DNA from: Acidimicrobiia bacterium
Lineage (GTDB): Bacteria; Actinomycetota; Acidimicrobiia; IMCC26256; JAMXLJ01
Direction of reading: 5' to 3'
Length of the DNA stretch: 64,000 nt
NCBI GenBank assembly: GCA_036558745.1
Contig: DATBEZ010000006.1
Coordinates: forward strand, 5,526 to 69,525
Within the stretch, counting starts at the first letter, position 1; the number at the start of each line of letters is the position of its first letter. The position numbers were made by a program, and so were the translations under genes. This document shows, piece after piece, positions 34,978 through 43,441 of the stretch. Below the pieces are notes generated by a model that saw only the letters and a list, made by a program, of their open reading frames with translations, did no database searches and was not told where the DNA came from.

Positions 34978-35045
34978 ATTCGGAATCCGCCCGTCCGTCA
35001 CGCGCGGCCCGTGGGCCTGCACGCACGCGATCGCGCGGCACTACC

Positions 35046-35061
35046 CTGACGTGCACGTCAG
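35046..35061. promoter_or_regulatory. perfect 16-bp palindrome CTGACGTGCACGTCAG
   Basis: 14-29 nt upstream of ATG 35075. The 18-mer CCTGACGTGCACGTCA recurs at 39545..39561. Confidence 0.55.
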
Positions 35062-35074
35062 AGGGGGGTGCAGG

Positions 35075-36802
35075 ATGCTCGACTGTCTCGTGTCCGGTGG
35101 CGACCTGATCGACGGGACCGGCGGACCGCGCCGGCGTGCCGACGTCGGCATCCGCGACGGTCGCGTCGTCGCCATCGCGGAGCCCGGCTCGATCGCGGAG
35201 CCCGCGAGTCGCACGATCGACGCCGACGGGCTGGCGGTCGCGCCCGGGTTCGTCGACATCCACACCCACTACGACGCGCAGCTGTTCTGGGACTCGGCGG
35301 CGACGCCTTCGCCGCTGCACGGTGTCACGACGATCGTGGGCGGGAACTGCGGGTTCACGATCGCGCCGCTCGAGCCGTCGGAAGCCGACTACATGATGCG
35401 GATGCTGGCGCGCGTCGAGGGGATGCCGCTCGAGTCGCTCGCGGCCGGCGTGCCGTGGGACTGGCGGACGTTCGGTGAGTACCTCGACCGGCTCGAGGGC
35501 CGCATCGGCGTGAACGCGGGTTTCCTGGTCGGGCACTCGGCGATCCGGCGTGCGGTCATGCGCGACGCGGCCGTCGGCGAGGAGGCGTCCGCGGAGCAGG
35601 TGGAGCAGATGGCCCGGCTGCTCGACGAATCGCTCGCCGCGGGAGGCCTCGGGTTCTCGTCGTCGCAGGCTGCGACCCACAACGGCGGCGACGGCCAACC
35701 GGTCCCGTCACGGTTCGCGACGCGCGACGAGCTGCTCGCCATGTGCCGGGTGGTGCGCGAGCACGCGGGCACGACCCTCGAGTTCATCCCCGCGGTCGGT
35801 GGCTTCGAGCCCGAGCATCTCGACCTCATGACCGCGATGTCGCTCGCCGCGAACCGTCCCCTGAACTGGAACGTGCTCGCGGTGAACGCGGCGCGCCCAG
35901 AGAACCACGAGCGACTGTTGGAGGCCGGCGACTACGCGGCCGAGCGCGGCGCGCGCGTGCTCGCGCTGACGGTTCCCGACGCGATGGTCGTGCACCTCAA
36001 CTTCAAGACCGCGTTCATCCTCGACGCGTTTCCGGGCTGGGGCCCGACGATGGCGCTCCCGCCGGAGGAGAAGAAGCACGCGCTCGCGGATCCCGAGGTC
36101 CGCCGTCGCCTGAAGGAGTCGGCGGCGTCGCCCGAAGCCGGTGTGCTGCGGGCCATGGCGAACTGGGAGCGCATGCGCGTCGTTGACACGGTCGCGCCCG
36201 AGAACGAGGGGCTCGCGGGCGAGACGATCGGCAAGGTCGCCGCGACGCGTGGACAGGAGCCGTTCGACACGCTGCTCGACATCGTCCTTGCCGACGACCT
36301 GGGCACGGTGCTCTCGCCCCCGACCGGTGCCGACGACGACGCGAGCTGGAAGATGCGGGCCGCCGTGTGGCGCGATCCGCGCGCCGTCGTCGGCGCGTCG
36401 GACGCTGGCGCGCACCTCGACATGCTCTCGACGTTCACCTACTCGACGTCGATGCTCCGCGGGGTTCGCGAGCACCACCTCATGCCCATGGAGGAGGCGG
36501 TCCATCTCCTCACGGACGCGCAGTCCCGCCTCTACGGCATTCGCGACCGCGGACGCGTGGAGGAGGGTTGGCACGCGGATCTCGTCGTCTTCGACGAGGC
36601 GCGGATCGGTCCGGGACCGGTGCACACGCGACACGACCTACCCGCCGGCGCGGGACGCCTCTACGCAGAGGCGGAGGGGATCGAGCACGTGCTCGTGAAC
36701 GGTGTCGAGGTCGCGGCCGGCAACCGCCTCACCGGCGACCTGCCCGGCACGCTGCTGCGGTCGGGACGCGACACCGACACCGTCGAGGTCCCCGGCGGAT
36801 AA
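35075..36802 (+). CDS. amidohydrolase, N-acyl-D-amino-acid deacylase (D-aminoacylase) family
   Basis: MLDCLVSGGDLIDGTGGPRRRADVGIRDGRVVAI...DADGLAVAPGFVDIHTHYDAQ...GVTTIVGGNCGF. Confidence 0.85.
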   Translation: MLDCLVSGGDLIDGTGGPRRRADVGIRDGRVVAIAEPGSIAEPASRTIDADGLAVAPGFVDIHTHYDAQLFWDSAATPSPLHGVTTIVGGNCGFTIAPLEPSEADYMMRMLARVEGMPLESLAAGVPWDWRTFGEYLDRLEGRIGVNAGFLVGHSAIRRAVMRDAAVGEEASAEQVEQMARLLDESLAAGGLGFSSSQAATHNGGDGQPVPSRFATRDELLAMCRVVREHAGTTLEFIPAVGGFEPEHLDLMTAMSLAANRPLNWNVLAVNAARPENHERLLEAGDYAAERGARVLALTVPDAMVVHLNFKTAFILDAFPGWGPTMALPPEEKKHALADPEVRRRLKESAASPEAGVLRAMANWERMRVVDTVAPENEGLAGETIGKVAATRGQEPFDTLLDIVLADDLGTVLSPPTGADDDASWKMRAAVWRDPRAVVGASDAGAHLDMLSTFTYSTSMLRGVREHHLMPMEEAVHLLTDAQSRLYGIRDRGRVEEGWHADLVVFDEARIGPGPVHTRHDLPAGAGRLYAEAEGIEHVLVNGVEVAAGNRLTGDLPGTLLRSGRDTDTVEVPGG

Positions 36803-36813
36803 TGAGCCGCACC

Positions 36814-36906
36814 GGAGCCTGCGGAGGTGCTTGCCAGCGAACGAGCGACACGGGCGACGGCAGGCCGACACCGGAGCCGTGCAGCGAGTGAGTGAGCGAA
36901 TCGACA
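36814..36906 (+). repeat. copy 4 (5'-truncated) of the start-codon-abutting repeat
   Basis: GGAGCCTGCGGAGGTGCTTGCCAGCGAACGAGCGACACGGGCGACGGCAGGCCGACACCGGAGCCGTGCAGCGAGTGAGTGAGCGAATCGACATC. Confidence 0.8.
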
Positions 36907-37994
36907 TCGCTGAGCTCGAGTCCCACGGGTTGTACGACCCGGCCGCGCCCGACGCCGATGAGCAACGCGCGCTCCTGCAGTACCTCGTGTCGGAAGGTGT
37001 CGCCCTCGACGACATGGTGGAGGCACACCGGATCGGACGGCTGCCGTTCGTCGCCGGTGACATCCACATCCGACCCGGCGTACCGGTGTACACCATCAAC
37101 GAGGTCGCGACGAAGACCGGGGTCGACGCGGGGCTCCTCATGCGCGTGTGGCGCGCGTCCGGGTTCGCGATCGCGCCGCCGGACAAGCCCATGTTCTCCG
37201 ACGCCGACGTACAGGCGCTCGCCATGTTCACGCTCGCGGTGCAGCGCTTCGGCGAGGAGCCGACGCTGCAGCTCGCCCGGGTCTTCGGCGCATCGCTCGC
37301 TCGCATGGCGGCAGCCGCGTTCCACACCGCGCTCGCGTACGCGCAGGACGCCTTCGCGCCGCGCGCCCCGAGCGTCCTGGCGGCGGCCCGCGCCTCGACC
37401 GAGATGGGTCTGATGGCGGAGATGTCGGGGACGGCACTCGACTCCTTGTTCCGGCATCACATCGCAGCCACGGCACAGTGGTTCGACCGCGTGCCGAGCC
37501 CGGACCCGGAGACCGCACCACTCGCAATCGGCTTCGCCGACCTCGTCGGCTTCACCTCCCTCTCCCAGCGCCGCGACGTCCACGAGCTGGCCCGCACGGT
37601 CGGAGAGTTCGACGCCCTGACGTCGGAGATCGCGAGCGACGGTGGCGGGCGGGTCGTGAAGCTCATCGGTGACGAAGTGATGTTCGCGACGGCGGATCCG
37701 CGCCAGGCCGTCGCAATCGCGTTGGAGCTCGCCGACGCGCTCGCGGACCACCCGATCCTCCCGACGATGCGCGCGGCGGTCGCGTGCGGCACGGTGCTCG
37801 TCCGTGACGGCGACTGCTTCGGCCCGGTGGTCAACCTCGCGGCCCGGCTCGTCCATCTGGCCGAGCCCGGTCACGTGGTCGTGCCGGTCGGGACGGTGGT
37901 CTCCGACGATGCGTTCCTCGTCGAACCGACGGGCACCTGCGACGTGCGCGGCTTCGACGAGCCGGTCGCCGTCGCGCGCGTCGACCGCGCCTGA
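36888..37994 (+). CDS. class III adenylate/guanylate cyclase with uncharacterised N-terminal domain
   Basis: Catalytic-domain motifs IGFADLVGFTSL, VKLIGDEVMF and GPVVNLAARL. The start is taken as GTG 36888 (VSERIDIAELESHGLYDP) inside ORF 36702..37994. GTG 36879 is also possible. Confidence 0.75.
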   Translation: MSERIDIAELESHGLYDPAAPDADEQRALLQYLVSEGVALDDMVEAHRIGRLPFVAGDIHIRPGVPVYTINEVATKTGVDAGLLMRVWRASGFAIAPPDKPMFSDADVQALAMFTLAVQRFGEEPTLQLARVFGASLARMAAAAFHTALAYAQDAFAPRAPSVLAAARASTEMGLMAEMSGTALDSLFRHHIAATAQWFDRVPSPDPETAPLAIGFADLVGFTSLSQRRDVHELARTVGEFDALTSEIASDGGGRVVKLIGDEVMFATADPRQAVAIALELADALADHPILPTMRAAVACGTVLVRDGDCFGPVVNLAARLVHLAEPGHVVVPVGTVVSDDAFLVEPTGTCDVRGFDEPVAVARVDRA

Positions 37995-37995
37995 G

Positions 37996-38691
37996 TCAGG
38001 ACGCGCGCTCCCAGGCGGCGCGGTACTCGATGAGGCGCGCCGCGAGCTCCTCCGGACGGGCGAGCGCGGGGAGGTGCCCGCCGTCCATCTCGTCCGGGAC
38101 GATGCCCAGACGCTCGCGTACGACCCGGCGTTGGAACTCGGCCGGGAAGAACCGGTCGTCACGGCAGAGAAGGAACGCGGTCGCCACGTCGGGCCACGCC
38201 GGGAGCGGCCACGGCTTCTCGAACGGCGCGCCCGACTGGGGCCGGACGTGGTGCTCCGACTCTGCCGTCACCTCGGGCGCGACATCGTGCAGAAAGAGGG
38301 TGACGGGATCGTCGTCGTCGGGCGACCGTCCTTCGCGCTCGGTTTGGGCCCGGCGCGCCTCCTCCCACCCGGTGTTGGCCCACCAATCAGCGCCCGATTC
38401 ACCGGGCGCGGGCACCATCGCGGCGACCAGCACGATCTGGTCGACGTGCATCCGATCGCACACGAGCGGCGCGGTGAACCCGCCCAGCGACTGCGCGACG
38501 AGCACGACCTCATGACGGTCGCCGATCGCGTCGACGACCGTGTCGGTGTAGACGCCAAGGTCGGCGCGGTCGTCGTCGCAGGGCAGGTCCACCGCGACCA
38601 CGTCGTGGCCGCGCGCCCGGAGCTCGGGCGCGACCAGGTGCCAGTACCAGGAGTCGGAACCGGCTCCGGGGATCAGGACGAACGTGGCCAT
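37996..38691 (-). CDS. alpha/beta hydrolase (small esterase type)
   Basis: MATFVLIPGAGSDSWYW... plus the nucleophile elbow AQSLGG. Confidence 0.8.
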   Translation of the reverse strand: MATFVLIPGAGSDSWYWHLVAPELRARGHDVVAVDLPCDDDRADLGVYTDTVVDAIGDRHEVVLVAQSLGGFTAPLVCDRMHVDQIVLVAAMVPAPGESGADWWANTGWEEARRAQTEREGRSPDDDDPVTLFLHDVAPEVTAESEHHVRPQSGAPFEKPWPLPAWPDVATAFLLCRDDRFFPAEFQRRVVRERLGIVPDEMDGGHLPALARPEELAARLIEYRAAWERAS

Positions 38692-38702
38692 CGTTCGCGA
38701 CC

Positions 38703-39473
38703 TCAGCGGTTCCCGCGCAGCTTGAACATCGCACCGGTCGGATCGGCGGCCTGGGCCAGCCGGCCGTATGGCGTGTCCTCCGCGGGCAGGACGATCGCGC
38801 CGCCGAGGTCGACGACCTGGGCCAGCGCGGCGTCGGTGTCCAACACAGCGAAGTAGACGTCCCAGTGCGCCGGAACTCCGTCGGGAAGGAACTGCGACGC
38901 GTCCATGATCCCCGCGAGCGCGCGCTCACCCTCGCCCAGCGTCGTGTAGCGCAGCTCGGGCTCGTCGCTCATCGTGCGCGTGTCCCAGCCGAACACGTCG
39001 CGATAGAACGCGACCGACGCGTCGTAGTGGCGCGTGTGCAGCTCGAACCAAGACGGCGCGCCGGGCTCGTCGTAGACGCCGAAGCCCTGGTGCAGCTTCG
39101 GCTGCCAGATGCCGACCGCCGCGCCGCCCGCGTCGATCAGGACGCCCATGCGACCCAGCTCCAGGACGTCCGTCGCGGGAGCGACGACCTGCGCGCCGTT
39201 CGCGACGGCAGCGTCCACGGTCGCCTTCGCGTTCTGCACGGCCAGATACACCGACCAGCTGTCCGGTTGGCCGGACTGGCCGTCGTTGCGCATCGAGCCG
39301 GCGACGCGTACGCCGTCGTGGAGGAAGTTGACGTAGCCGCCGTACTCGGGGCCGGGATCCTCCGAGGTCCAGCCGAAGAGCCGCTCGTAGAAGGCGCGAC
39401 TCGCGTCGGGATCGGACGTGAAGAGGTCCACCCAACAGGGCGCGCCGACGGGGGCGGTGTCTCGCTTCGGCAT
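38703..39473 (-). CDS. VOC (glyoxalase/bleomycin-resistance/dioxygenase) family protein, two-module
   Basis: Internal ATG 39473 is preceded by GGAG. Two repeats of the pattern ...FYERLFGW... / ...FYRDVFGW... occur with G.A.FKL-type ends. Confidence 0.8.
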   Translation of the reverse strand: MPKRDTAPVGAPCWVDLFTSDPDASRAFYERLFGWTSEDPGPEYGGYVNFLHDGVRVAGSMRNDGQSGQPDSWSVYLAVQNAKATVDAAVANGAQVVAPATDVLELGRMGVLIDAGGAAVGIWQPKLHQGFGVYDEPGAPSWFELHTRHYDASVAFYRDVFGWDTRTMSDEPELRYTTLGEGERALAGIMDASQFLPDGVPAHWDVYFAVLDTDAALAQVVDLGGAIVLPAEDTPYGRLAQAADPTGAMFKLRGNR

Positions 39474-39546
39474 CGGAGCTCCTCCACGCTCGTGGTGTCG
39501 GGTGTGGAGACGGCAGCGGGCCCCGGAACTCATCGGCGGCGCACGC

Positions 39547-39562
39547 CTGACGTGCACGTCAA
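39547..39562. promoter_or_regulatory. palindrome CTGACGTGCACGTCAa (14-bp perfect core TGACGTGCACGTCA)
   Basis: In the 242-bp divergent region between VOC (start 39473) and thiolase (start 39716). Confidence 0.55.
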
Positions 39563-39715
39563 CATGCCTGGACAGGGGGTCACGGGGTAGACAGGAAGCC
39601 GCGAACTGCCGGAGGGCGCTGAGCAGCTGTCGCCCCGTTGGCAGCGGCCGCCTTGCCACCAACAAGCCCGACCCGCTCCGACCCCGGGGGCGGCCAAGAA
39701 GATTTGGAGTCGGTC

Positions 39716-40918
39716 ATGCCCGAAGCCGTCATCGTCGCCACCGCCCGCACACCCATCGGCCGGGCCAACAAGGGCTCGCTCGTCGACATCCGCCCCGACG
39801 ACATGTCGGCCTTCATCATCGACGCACTGCTCGACAAGCTCCCCCAGCTCGACCGCGGGCTCATCGAGGACGTCATCTGGGGATGCGGCCAGCCCGCCGG
39901 CGAGGCGGGCACGAACGTCGCCCGGGTCGCGTCGATCCTCGCCGGGCTCGACGCACCGGGGACGACGGTGAACCGCTACTGCTCGTCGTCGCTGCAGACC
40001 ATCCGCATGGCCGCGCACGCGATCAAGGCGGGCGAGGGCGACGTGTTCGTCGCTGGCGGCGTCGAGACGGTGAGCCGGTTCGCGAGCGGCGTCGCCGACA
40101 GCGGGCCGAAGAACGAGCGCTTCGCCGACGCGGTGACGCGCACGAAGAAGCGCACCGAGGGCGGTCAGGACCCGTGGACGCCGCCGACCGGCCTGCCCGA
40201 CGTGTACATCGCGATGGGCCAGACCGCCGAGAACGTGCGCGAGCTCGAGAAGGTGACGCGCGAGGAGATGGACGAGTTCGCCGCGCTCTCGCAGCAGCGC
40301 GCGGTGCGCTCTCAGGAGAACGGGTTCTTCGACCGCGAGATCACGCCCATCACGACGCCCGACGGCACGGTCGTCGGCAAGGACGACGGCCCGCGGGCGG
40401 GGACGACGGTCGAGAAGCTCGCGACGCTCAAGCCGGTGTTCCGTCCCGACGGCGAGGTCACCGCGGGGAACAGCTGCCCGCTCAACGACGGCGCGGCGGC
40501 CGTCGTCGTGATGAGCGACACGAAGGCGCGCGAGCTCGGCGTCAAGCCGCTCGCGCGCATCGTCGCGAGCGGCGTCTCCGCGCTCGACCCGGAGATCATG
40601 GGCCTCGGCCCGGTGGAGGCGTGCCGGCAGACCCTGAAGCGCGCGGGGATGACCATCGACGACATCGACCTGGTCGAGATCAACGAGGCGTTCGCGGCGC
40701 AGATCGTCCCCTCCGCGAAGCAGCTCGGCATTCCGTGGGACAAGCTCAACGTGAACGGCGGCGCGATCGCGCTTGGCCACCCGTTCGGCATGACCGGTGC
40801 CCGCATCATGACCACGCTGCTCAACGGGCTCGAGGACGCGGACAAGACGTTCGGCCTCGAGAGCATGTGCGTGGGCGGCGGTCAGGGCATGGCCATGATC
40901 GTCGAGCGCCTCCCGTAA
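39716..40918 (+). CDS. acetyl-CoA C-acyltransferase (degradative thiolase)
   Basis: ATG 39716 follows GGAG. MPEAVIVATARTPIGRANKGSL, the active-site region NRYCSSSLQ, then NEAFAAQ, NVNGGAIALGHPFGMTGAR and CVGGGQG. Confidence 0.9.
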   Translation: MPEAVIVATARTPIGRANKGSLVDIRPDDMSAFIIDALLDKLPQLDRGLIEDVIWGCGQPAGEAGTNVARVASILAGLDAPGTTVNRYCSSSLQTIRMAAHAIKAGEGDVFVAGGVETVSRFASGVADSGPKNERFADAVTRTKKRTEGGQDPWTPPTGLPDVYIAMGQTAENVRELEKVTREEMDEFAALSQQRAVRSQENGFFDREITPITTPDGTVVGKDDGPRAGTTVEKLATLKPVFRPDGEVTAGNSCPLNDGAAAVVVMSDTKARELGVKPLARIVASGVSALDPEIMGLGPVEACRQTLKRAGMTIDDIDLVEINEAFAAQIVPSAKQLGIPWDKLNVNGGAIALGHPFGMTGARIMTTLLNGLEDADKTFGLESMCVGGGQGMAMIVERLP

Positions 40919-40924
40919 GCACGA

Positions 40925-40969
40925 AGATGCGGCACTGAGCGTCGGATTCCGACGCTCAGTGCCGCATCT
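40925..40969. terminator. perfect 21-bp-stem / 3-nt-loop hairpin between convergent genes (bidirectional terminator candidate)
   Basis: AGATGCGGCACTGAGCGTCGG-ATT-CCGACGCTCAGTGCCGCATCT. It begins 7 nt after the thiolase TAA and ends 12 nt before the ACAD stop. No U-tract. Confidence 0.65.
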
Positions 40970-40980
40970 CGCGTTGGGGA

Positions 40981-42162
40981 TCAGACCGGGAGCTCGTCGA
41001 AGGGGACGTCGCGGTCGACACGCACGTCGCCCGGGAGACCGAGCACGCGCTCGCCCACGATGTTGCGCTGGATCTCGTCGGTGCCGCCCCGGATCGACAT
41101 CGACGGCGCGGTGAGGAACAGCGTCGACCACTCCCCCGCCGACGACACCGCCTCGGGGCCGAGGATGCGCATCGCGGTGTCGGTGTAGCGCCGGAACGTC
41201 TCGGTGAAGCGCAGCTTCATCCCCGAGCCCTCCGCGCCGGGCCGGCCCGCCTGAGCGAGGTCGCGTGCGCGCCGCGCCGCGAGTCGCGCCACCTCGAGGT
41301 CCACGTAGGTGCGCGCCAGCGCGTCGCGGACCAACATGTCGTCGAGGCGACCGCGGCTGCGGGCGAGCTCGACGAGACGCTCGAACGTCAGCGTGGGACC
41401 ACCACCACCCAGCGCGCCGCGCTCGTGTGCGAGGCAGGTGAGCGCGACGGCCCACCCGGCACCCACCTCGTCGATCCGGTCCGCGTCGTCGACGACGGCG
41501 TCGTCGAGGAACACCTCGTTGAAGTGCGCGTCGCCGTTCATCTGCCGGAGTGGCCGCACGTCGACACCGGGCTGATCCATCCGGAGCGCGAACGCGGTGA
41601 TGCCCGCGTGCTTCGGCACGGTCGGGTCGGTCCGTGCGAGCAGCAGCCCCCAGGCCGAGTAGTGGGCCCGGCTCGACCACACCTTCTGACCGCTCACGCG
41701 CCACTCGTCGCCGTCGCGGACGGCTCGGCAGCGCAGGCCGGCGAGGTCGGAGCCCGCGCCGGGCTCGCTGAACAACTGGCACCAGATCTCCTCGCCCGTG
41801 CGGATCGCGGGCAGCCAGCGCCGGCGCTGCTCCGGTGCGGCGTGGGCAAGGACCGTCGGACCCACGAGCGCGAGGCCCACCATGAACGGGTAGAGGTCGG
41901 GCACGCGGAAGCCGGCCAGGACGCGGTTCACCACCGCCGCACCCTTGACGTCGAGCCCCAGCCCCCCGTGCTCGACCGGCCACGTCGGAACCGCCCAGCC
42001 GCCGTCGGCGAGCGCCCGCAGGTAACCGCGACCCGGCTCCAGGTCCTCGTTGCCTGCACCGAGAACGACGACCGGCTCGTCGGGATCGCGGGGGTCGAGG
42101 CGCGCCCGCAGCGCCTCCCGTACGTCGGCCTCCAGGGATGACGGAGGTTCAGGCGTGGGCAC
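40981..42162 (-). CDS. acyl-CoA dehydrogenase
   Basis: 393 aa with CQLFSEPGAGSDLAGLRCRAVRDGDEWRVSGQKVWSS and the C-terminal RGGTDEIQRNIVGERVLGLP. Confidence 0.9.
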   Translation of the reverse strand: MPTPEPPSSLEADVREALRARLDPRDPDEPVVVLGAGNEDLEPGRGYLRALADGGWAVPTWPVEHGGLGLDVKGAAVVNRVLAGFRVPDLYPFMVGLALVGPTVLAHAAPEQRRRWLPAIRTGEEIWCQLFSEPGAGSDLAGLRCRAVRDGDEWRVSGQKVWSSRAHYSAWGLLLARTDPTVPKHAGITAFALRMDQPGVDVRPLRQMNGDAHFNEVFLDDAVVDDADRIDEVGAGWAVALTCLAHERGALGGGGPTLTFERLVELARSRGRLDDMLVRDALARTYVDLEVARLAARRARDLAQAGRPGAEGSGMKLRFTETFRRYTDTAMRILGPEAVSSAGEWSTLFLTAPSMSIRGGTDEIQRNIVGERVLGLPGDVRVDRDVPFDELPV

Positions 42163-42931
42163 GGCGGTCGCGGACGACCTGTTCGAGCGCCTCCGCGACG
42201 ACGGGGGTCGCGGCGTCGGCCCAGATCGCGTGCCCGGCGCGGCTCGGGTGGAACCAGTCGGCCGAGAAGAGATGCGGATCGCGGCTGAAGCCCGAGTTCA
42301 TCGCGCCGACGGGCAGCTTCTCGACGTCGTCGAAGCGGCTCGCGACGCGCGCGTGCACGGCGTCGACGGCGCGGGACCGTGCGCGAGCGACGAGCGCCAG
42401 CGGGAACGGCACCCGCGGCACGTTGCCCAGGTCGCCGACGCCGGTGAGGATCACGAGCGGGACGATGGTGAGCAGCTGCTCGACGATCTCGGTGAGATCC
42501 CGCTCGACCTGCTTGAGCGGCGTCACGTGCATCACATCGTTCGCGCCGGTCGAGACGATCGCGAGGTCGGCGTCGACCTCGAGGGCGCGCGGCACCTGGT
42601 CGTGCAGCACCTCCGTGGTGCGCGCGCCACCCGTCGCGACGCTCACGAGCCGGACGCGCCACCGGTCGCGCAGCCGTTCCGCCATCTGATGGACCCAGAT
42701 GTCGTCGGGCGACTCGAGGCCCGACCCGGTCAGCGTGCTGTCGCCGAGGAGCAACACGGTGACCTCCGGTCGCGACGGGTCGCCCACGACGCCCGACGGA
42801 TCGTGTCCGGTCACCGTGGGGAGGCCGCGGTGCACGGCGTACATCGCCTCGCCCCAGAGCGTCGCCACACCAGCCGCCACGACGGCGGGGAGCGCGAGCA
42901 AGGGCGCGAGCGGCGGCCGGCGTCGGATCAT
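42149..42931 (-). CDS. SGNH/GDSL hydrolase with N-terminal TM/signal segment
   Basis: Internal ATG 42931 (ATGA overlap with the PPOX stop). VTVLLLGDSTLTG (block I), STGANDV and WFHPSRAGH (block V). Confidence 0.75.
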   Translation of the reverse strand: MIRRRPPLAPLLALPAVVAAGVATLWGEAMYAVHRGLPTVTGHDPSGVVGDPSRPEVTVLLLGDSTLTGSGLESPDDIWVHQMAERLRDRWRVRLVSVATGGARTTEVLHDQVPRALEVDADLAIVSTGANDVMHVTPLKQVERDLTEIVEQLLTIVPLVILTGVGDLGNVPRVPFPLALVARARSRAVDAVHARVASRFDDVEKLPVGAMNSGFSRDPHLFSADWFHPSRAGHAIWADAATPVVAEALEQVVRDRRAHA

Positions 42932-43419
42932 GCAGTACCGCCCTGCTGTCCGGTCGTCTGCATGCCGAGCTTGCGGTGGTCCCACGACACGGTCCGGTCG
43001 ACGTGCAGCTTCACGACGACACGCTTGTTCAGCATCACCTCGACGAAGGGTCGCATCTCTTCCGTGTATTTCCCGCCCTGGTACCGCTCGAACACGCTGA
43101 CCCCCAGCTCGAACATCCGCTCCGGGTCGTCGACGATCTCGCCGCGCCCGACGAGCTCCACACCCCGCAGCTCGTCGTAGGTCTCTCCGTCTTCAACCAG
43201 CACGGTCATCTGGGGATTCCGGCGCAGGTTGAGGACCTTCTGGCTCTTCGCCTTGGTCTCGATCGCGATCGCCCCTTCGAGGAAGCCGTACCACATCGCC
43301 ACGAGGTGGATGCTGCCGTCGTGGTTGACCGTCGCGATCGACATCGTGTGACGACCTTGGAGGAACTCGTCCACCTCCTCGTCGGTCATCTTGATCAGGT
43401 CACGCTGCTTGACACCCAT
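42928..43419 (-). CDS. PPOX-class (pyridoxamine 5'-phosphate oxidase-like) probable F420-dependent enzyme
   Basis: MTDEEVDEFLQGRHTMSIATVNHDGSIHLVAMWYGF...LRRNPQMTVLVEDG. Confidence 0.7.
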   Translation of the reverse strand: MGVKQRDLIKMTDEEVDEFLQGRHTMSIATVNHDGSIHLVAMWYGFLEGAIAIETKAKSQKVLNLRRNPQMTVLVEDGETYDELRGVELVGRGEIVDDPERMFELGVSVFERYQGGKYTEEMRPFVEVMLNKRVVVKLHVDRTVSWDHRKLGMQTTGQQGGTA

Positions 43420-43441
43420 GTCGCTCCCTCGCTGGTGATGG

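Noticed and set aside
39530-41983. 817-aa minus-strand ORF covering the thiolase and part of the ACAD
   Set aside because: It runs antisense to the thiolase and out of frame with the ACAD at 40981..42162, and is Arg/Gly/Pro-rich. Other long shadow ORFs were rejected for the same reason (e.g. 17724..20207, 11343..13427, 36729..38162, 48483..50027, 51921..53450).
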